NCBI GenBank assembly: GCA_964653195.1
Contig: CAZZCX010000004.1
Coordinates: 173 to 64,172, forward strand
Direction of reading: 5' to 3'
Length of the DNA: 64,000 nucleotides
Source: an uncultured Gammaproteobacteria bacterium
GTDB lineage: Bacteria; Patescibacteriota; Microgenomatia; Levybacterales; UBA12049
Of the stretch, positions 60,038 to 64,000 are shown one piece after another (position 1 is the stretch's first letter; every line of letters starts with the position of its first letter). Under the pieces are notes generated by a model that was not told where the DNA came from, ran no database searches, and saw only the letters and a list, made by a program, of their open reading frames with translations. A program made the position numbers and the translations under genes.

Positions 60038-61660
60038 TCATTGAAGGCTTTGTGCTTGAACCTGACTTACTCCTTGTAAAAAAGTTTTGGTAGCAGTATC
60101 TACAGAGCCACCTGCATATATTTCCCTTACGGCATTGCCTAAATAATCATTTAGAAGACTATTGTAAAGTGTATCATTTGTATCGCTTGAAAAAATTGTC
60201 GATGTTGCATTATTGGCCTGTTCTACAAACGGATAAAGAATTGGGTCATCAGCAAGCATTGATGCCATATCACGTCTTGGATATGGCATTCCAAATAATC
60301 TACTCTTACTTGCTTCAGTAAAAATTTTCTGCATTGTTTCTTTTTCAGATAAAAATTTTATGAATAATAAAGCTTCTTTCTGATGCTTGGTTTGGGTAGA
60401 TAAGCCATTTGCCCAATAACTTGCAATCGTAATTTTAGTTTGCGAACCACTCCCTGTAGGCAAATAAGGTACAGGGTGTACAGAAAAATTTAAATCTTTA
60501 CTAATAGCTTGAATTGCAAAAATATCCCAGGAATAGCCAAAATACATAGCAGCTTTACCCTGCGCGAACATGTCCCGTGATGAACCTAAGGAGTTACTCC
60601 AAACACCTTCCTCCCCTTTTGCAAATGAAGTGTAGTGCAGTAATGATTCTTTCACAAATTCAGGTTGTTTCTCAAGTGAAGACAAATCAATACCATTAGT
60701 CGCCATTATTAGAGAGATAATATCAGGTGCATGAGTAACATTATCAAATGTGCCCAATGCGACTCCCGATGTTTGAATAATACCATTCTTTTCTTTTACG
60801 GTTAATTGTCTGACAATCGTATTAAACTCTTCCCAGGTTTTCGGAAACTTAACACCTGCTGCATCAAAAATATCTTTGTTTATAAATAAAGCTAAGACAT
60901 CGACTCCTTGTGGCAAACCATAAATCGCGCCATTTTTAGTCATATCGCGCAAAATTACAGGATAATAGATTTTTTGAAATTCATCTGGCTTAATTACTTC
61001 TTGAGGTAATGGTAATAAAACATTATCGGATGAACTGGTAAGTGTAGGTACCCATGAATTATGAAAACTGAAAATATCAGGTGCTTCTGTATTGTTCTTA
61101 ATTCTTGTAATTAATCTTTCCTTATACTTTTGTGGATCTTGTTTTATATAATTTATTTTTATTCCTGGATACTTCTTTTGAAATTCACCAACTGTCGACT
61201 GCATGGTTTTACTTTCTTCCCAAAGTCCCCAATATGTCAATGTCGCATTTGTAATACCCCTATTCCCCCCTCCACCGAACAAACGAGATAAAATACCAAT
61301 AAATATGATAAGTAACAAAACAATAAATACTATTGCAGCTGCTAATATTTTTTTATTTTTAAGATAAGAGTTAATTCCAGAAGGAGGCATAGAACCTGTC
61401 AAAGGTTCTACTTCAGAGAAAGTATTCATGTTTTCTACCGGTGCGGATAGGGGCTGTACTGGAGGCGATAAAGGCTCCGGTTTATTTAGTGTTTCTGTGC
61501 TAACAGTGGAAGTTTGAGAAATCTGCTGATTCTGAACGTCTGTATTTACAACACCAGATGGACCATATAAATCCTGGGCTGTAATTCTAGATGAAGCGCC
61601 TTCTGAAGAAGGATTATTTTGCCCTTGATTCTTATTATTAAAAATTGTTTGATCATCCAT
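60038..61660 (-). CDS. Family-1 extracellular solute-binding protein (sugar ABC-type SBP), TM-anchored with ~100-aa disordered N-terminal tail
   Basis: Low-complexity Q/N/S/P-rich N-terminus, TM 'ILAAAIVFIVLLLIIFIGILS', then an SBP_bac_1-like domain ('TLTYWGLWEE...', 'GLPQGVDVLALFINKDIF'). No permease or ATPase gene is adjacent. Confidence 0.65.
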   Translation of the reverse strand: MDDQTIFNNKNQGQNNPSSEGASSRITAQDLYGPSGVVNTDVQNQQISQTSTVSTETLNKPEPLSPPVQPLSAPVENMNTFSEVEPLTGSMPPSGINSYLKNKKILAAAIVFIVLLLIIFIGILSRLFGGGGNRGITNATLTYWGLWEESKTMQSTVGEFQKKYPGIKINYIKQDPQKYKERLITRIKNNTEAPDIFSFHNSWVPTLTSSSDNVLLPLPQEVIKPDEFQKIYYPVILRDMTKNGAIYGLPQGVDVLALFINKDIFDAAGVKFPKTWEEFNTIVRQLTVKEKNGIIQTSGVALGTFDNVTHAPDIISLIMATNGIDLSSLEKQPEFVKESLLHYTSFAKGEEGVWSNSLGSSRDMFAQGKAAMYFGYSWDIFAIQAISKDLNFSVHPVPYLPTGSGSQTKITIASYWANGLSTQTKHQKEALLFIKFLSEKETMQKIFTEASKSRLFGMPYPRRDMASMLADDPILYPFVEQANNATSTIFSSDTNDTLYNSLLNDYLGNAVREIYAGGSVDTATKTFLQGVSQVQAQSLQ

Positions 61661-61760
61661 AAATAATTTGAAGTATTTTTAACGGAATAATAATATGTTT
61701 GAATAGAACAGACATACTTGGTTTTATAGTATAATATTCATTGTATTTCAAGCAAATTTT

Positions 61761-63197
61761 ATGAATTTTCGACTTTTATCTATAATACCTCAAGATAAAA
61801 AAATATTACTAACTCGACTAATCAAAGGTTACTTCTGGTTTATAAGTGGTGCAATCCTTGGTTTGTTCTTCTTTATAAGCTTTACATATATTATATATAA
61901 AAATACTTATAAAAATGTCGTTTTCCCAGGAGTTTATATAGATAATGTAGATTTCAGCGGTAAAACAAAAGAGGATGTACGGGATTATTTTGATAATAAA
62001 AATCAACAAATCCAAAAAACAACATTCTATTTGAAGCATGAAGAATTGATAGCTACAATATCTGCCAAGGATTTAGACTTTGGATATAACGAGGAACTCC
62101 TTGCACAGCAGGCATTCAGCATAGGACGTGCAGCAAACTCCATATCAAATTTCAGTATAATCATACAATCATACCTTTATGGTATTCATCTACCAGCTTC
62201 TTATCAATATGATGAGGAATATCTCGTTAAGCAAGTTTCTGAGATATCAGAAAATATTTATAAAGTTCCTATTGACGCGAGATTTACATTCCAAGATTCA
62301 AAAGTAGTTGAATTTCAAACATCATCAGATGGACAGGAATTAGACATTACAGAGTTAAAAAAACGCATTTCGGCAAAAACGCTAGCGGTTGTAAAATCCA
62401 CCAAACCGCTGAAAATTCCCATCTTAATTCCCATTAAAGTTTTATATCCAGAAACAACAACAGATGAAGCAAATGATTTCGGCATTAGAGAACTTGTAGC
62501 CGTAGGATCATCTCAATTCGTGGGTTCAATCCCGAACAGAATGTATAATATCGCTCTGGCAGCGACACGACTAAACGGTATTCTTATAAAACCTGATGAA
62601 GTATTTTCGTTTAATAAAGCATTGGGAGATATATCAACTTTTACCGGATATAAACAGGCTTATGTTATTCAAAACGGTAGAACTGTACTAGGAGATGGCG
62701 GTGGAGTTTGTCAAGTATCAACGACATTTTTTCGGGCTGTCTTAAATGCAGGCTTACCAATTGTTGAAAGAAATCCTCACGCCTATAGAGTCAGCTATTA
62801 CGAGCAAGATAGTGGACCTGGATTCGATGCTGCTATATATGTACCTTCAGTAGATTTTAAATTCAAAAATGATACAAACAACTATTTACTGATTAAAACA
62901 GACGTAAATCCTGATTCTGGTTATCTGACATTTGAGCTATACGGTACGAAAGACAGTCGACAAGTAACTATATCAAAGCCGGTTATTACTTCAATAACAT
63001 CCTCCCCTGAACCTCTTTATATAGATGACCCTACACTGCCTAAAGGTGAAACAAAACAGGTGGATTTCGCTGTAGCAGGTGCCAACGTATACTTCACAAG
63101 AAGTGTAGAAAAAGATGGAAAGATCCTAATAAATGACACTTTTGCTTCAAAATATCGTCCATGGCAAGCAGTATATATGCGTGGTACTAAAGAATAA
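61761..63197 (+). CDS. VanW-family protein (N-terminal TM, PG-binding-like and VanW domains)
   Basis: 'GGGVCQVSTTFFRAVLNAGLPIVERNPHAY' is the VanW-domain signature; N-terminal TM helix. Confidence 0.75.
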   Translation: MNFRLLSIIPQDKKILLTRLIKGYFWFISGAILGLFFFISFTYIIYKNTYKNVVFPGVYIDNVDFSGKTKEDVRDYFDNKNQQIQKTTFYLKHEELIATISAKDLDFGYNEELLAQQAFSIGRAANSISNFSIIIQSYLYGIHLPASYQYDEEYLVKQVSEISENIYKVPIDARFTFQDSKVVEFQTSSDGQELDITELKKRISAKTLAVVKSTKPLKIPILIPIKVLYPETTTDEANDFGIRELVAVGSSQFVGSIPNRMYNIALAATRLNGILIKPDEVFSFNKALGDISTFTGYKQAYVIQNGRTVLGDGGGVCQVSTTFFRAVLNAGLPIVERNPHAYRVSYYEQDSGPGFDAAIYVPSVDFKFKNDTNNYLLIKTDVNPDSGYLTFELYGTKDSRQVTISKPVITSITSSPEPLYIDDPTLPKGETKQVDFAVAGANVYFTRSVEKDGKILINDTFASKYRPWQAVYMRGTKE

Positions 63198-63200
63198 CTA

Positions 63201-63686
63201 ATGGAAAAAATCATAGATATCCAAAAAGCTATTGAAAAAGCACTAAGCTTGAAGACGGATGGAAAAACTATTGTTCTTGCAGGAGGTTGCTTCGATATCC
63301 TCCATATAGGTCATATTGAATTTATAAAAGAAGCAAAAAAAACAGCTAATTTTCTATTTCTGCTTCTGGAAAGTGATGAGAGAATTCGGGGACTTAAAGG
63401 TAAAAATCGCCCAATAAACTCCCAAATCGACCGAGCCCGTGTTCTGGAAAGTATCGTTTATACCGATTTTATTGTCCTTTTACCAAATTTCAAAAGCAAT
63501 ATAGAATATGATGAAATGATTTCCGGCTTGAAACCTGATATAATCGCCGCAACGAAGACTGATCCAGGACGAGTCCATAAAGAGCGCCAAGCGAATAAAT
63601 TAGGAATACGGGTAGTCGACGTGATAGAAAAATTTGAAAACAGCTCAACATCACGAATCGCAAAGCTTTTGGAAAAAGAAATATAG
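63201..63686 (+). CDS. Cytidylyltransferase-family nucleotidyltransferase (HIGH motif; HldE domain II / TagD / RibL-like)
   Basis: 'LAGGCFDILHIGHIEFIKEAKK' (HxGH) and 'RPINSQIDRARVLESI', 161 aa. Confidence 0.65.
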   Translation: MEKIIDIQKAIEKALSLKTDGKTIVLAGGCFDILHIGHIEFIKEAKKTANFLFLLLESDERIRGLKGKNRPINSQIDRARVLESIVYTDFIVLLPNFKSNIEYDEMISGLKPDIIAATKTDPGRVHKERQANKLGIRVVDVIEKFENSSTSRIAKLLEKEI

Positions 63687-63727
63687 ACAAAATAAATATA
63701 TATTAATAAATTATGAGTTATGATTAT

Positions 63728-63755
63728 AGTATTTAGTATTTAGTATTTAGTATTT
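63728..63755. repeat. Tandem heptamer repeat (agtattt) x4
   Basis: Directly visible 4 perfect tandem copies in the intergenic region upstream of the DUF192 gene. Confidence 0.8.
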
Positions 63756-63763
63756 AGTTAAAT

Positions 63764-64000
63764 ATGTTAAAAAATATTCTAATATTTGCTGTAGTAATAA
63801 TAATTTTAATAGCAATATCATATTTCAGTATTTCCACTCTTACATCCGCTAGAAATCAAAAAATAGCAGATATTAAAGGTCATAGAATATCACTTGAAAT
63901 TGCAGATGATGAAACTGAGCAGAGAAAAGGACTATCTGCAAGAGATTCTCTACCTAAAGATAAAGGAATGCTATTTAAATTTAAAAAAGCAGATACGCAT
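63764..64000 (+). CDS. DUF192 (COG1430) family protein, 5' partial (runs off the window)
   Basis: N-terminal TM then 'HRISLEIADDETEQRKGLSARDSLPKDKGMLFKFKK', matching the DUF192 'V.VEvA.T..ER.rGLM.R..L....GMLF.F' pattern. Confidence 0.6.
   Translation, partial: MLKNILIFAVVIIILIAISYFSISTLTSARNQKIADIKGHRISLEIADDETEQRKGLSARDSLPKDKGMLFKFKKADTH

Overview
This is an AT-rich bacterial window of roughly 30-35% GC, densely coded with standard stop-codon usage. It is almost certainly chromosomal. The gene content (secA, groES/groEL, lepA, serS, alaS, ftsK, rodZ, murJ, mltG, rpsT, argGH), the many low-complexity protein tails, the shortened AlaRS, the archaeal-type PEP carboxylase and a sortase are consistent with a small-genome Candidate Phyla Radiation (Patescibacteria)-like or Firmicute-related organism. 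That placement is inference. I saw no transposase, integrase, CRISPR array, rRNA or tRNA.

The main contents are:
- a glycogen/maltodextrin module (malQ, glgP, glgA) with an archaeal-type PEPC, an aspartate aminotransferase and pfk;
- a CDP-hexose modification cluster on the + strand (rfbF, epimerase, C-methyltransferase, COG4091 oxidoreductase, GT2, methyltransferase);
- argG-argH preceded by what reads as a T-box riboswitch leader, driven by a consensus sigma70 promoter placed right after the secA stop;
- an rpsT (bS20) gene carrying a histone-H1-like Lys/Ala tail;
- two copies of an ~80-bp palindromic intergenic element, each immediately upstream of a + strand gene;
- a GC-rich structured intergenic region of unknown function;
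- a long minus-strand gene run containing ftsK, a DUF360 holin-like protein, an M-domain-less ClpB-like ATPase split into two translationally coupled ORFs, and a four-gene operon: a TM-anchored solute-binding protein, an NTase-fold protein, a VirB2/TrbC-like small secreted two-TM protein, and a 1341-aa signal-peptide-bearing polytopic membrane protein with a long internally repetitive domain.

That last operon is the best candidate in the window for an undescribed envelope or secretion-like system.
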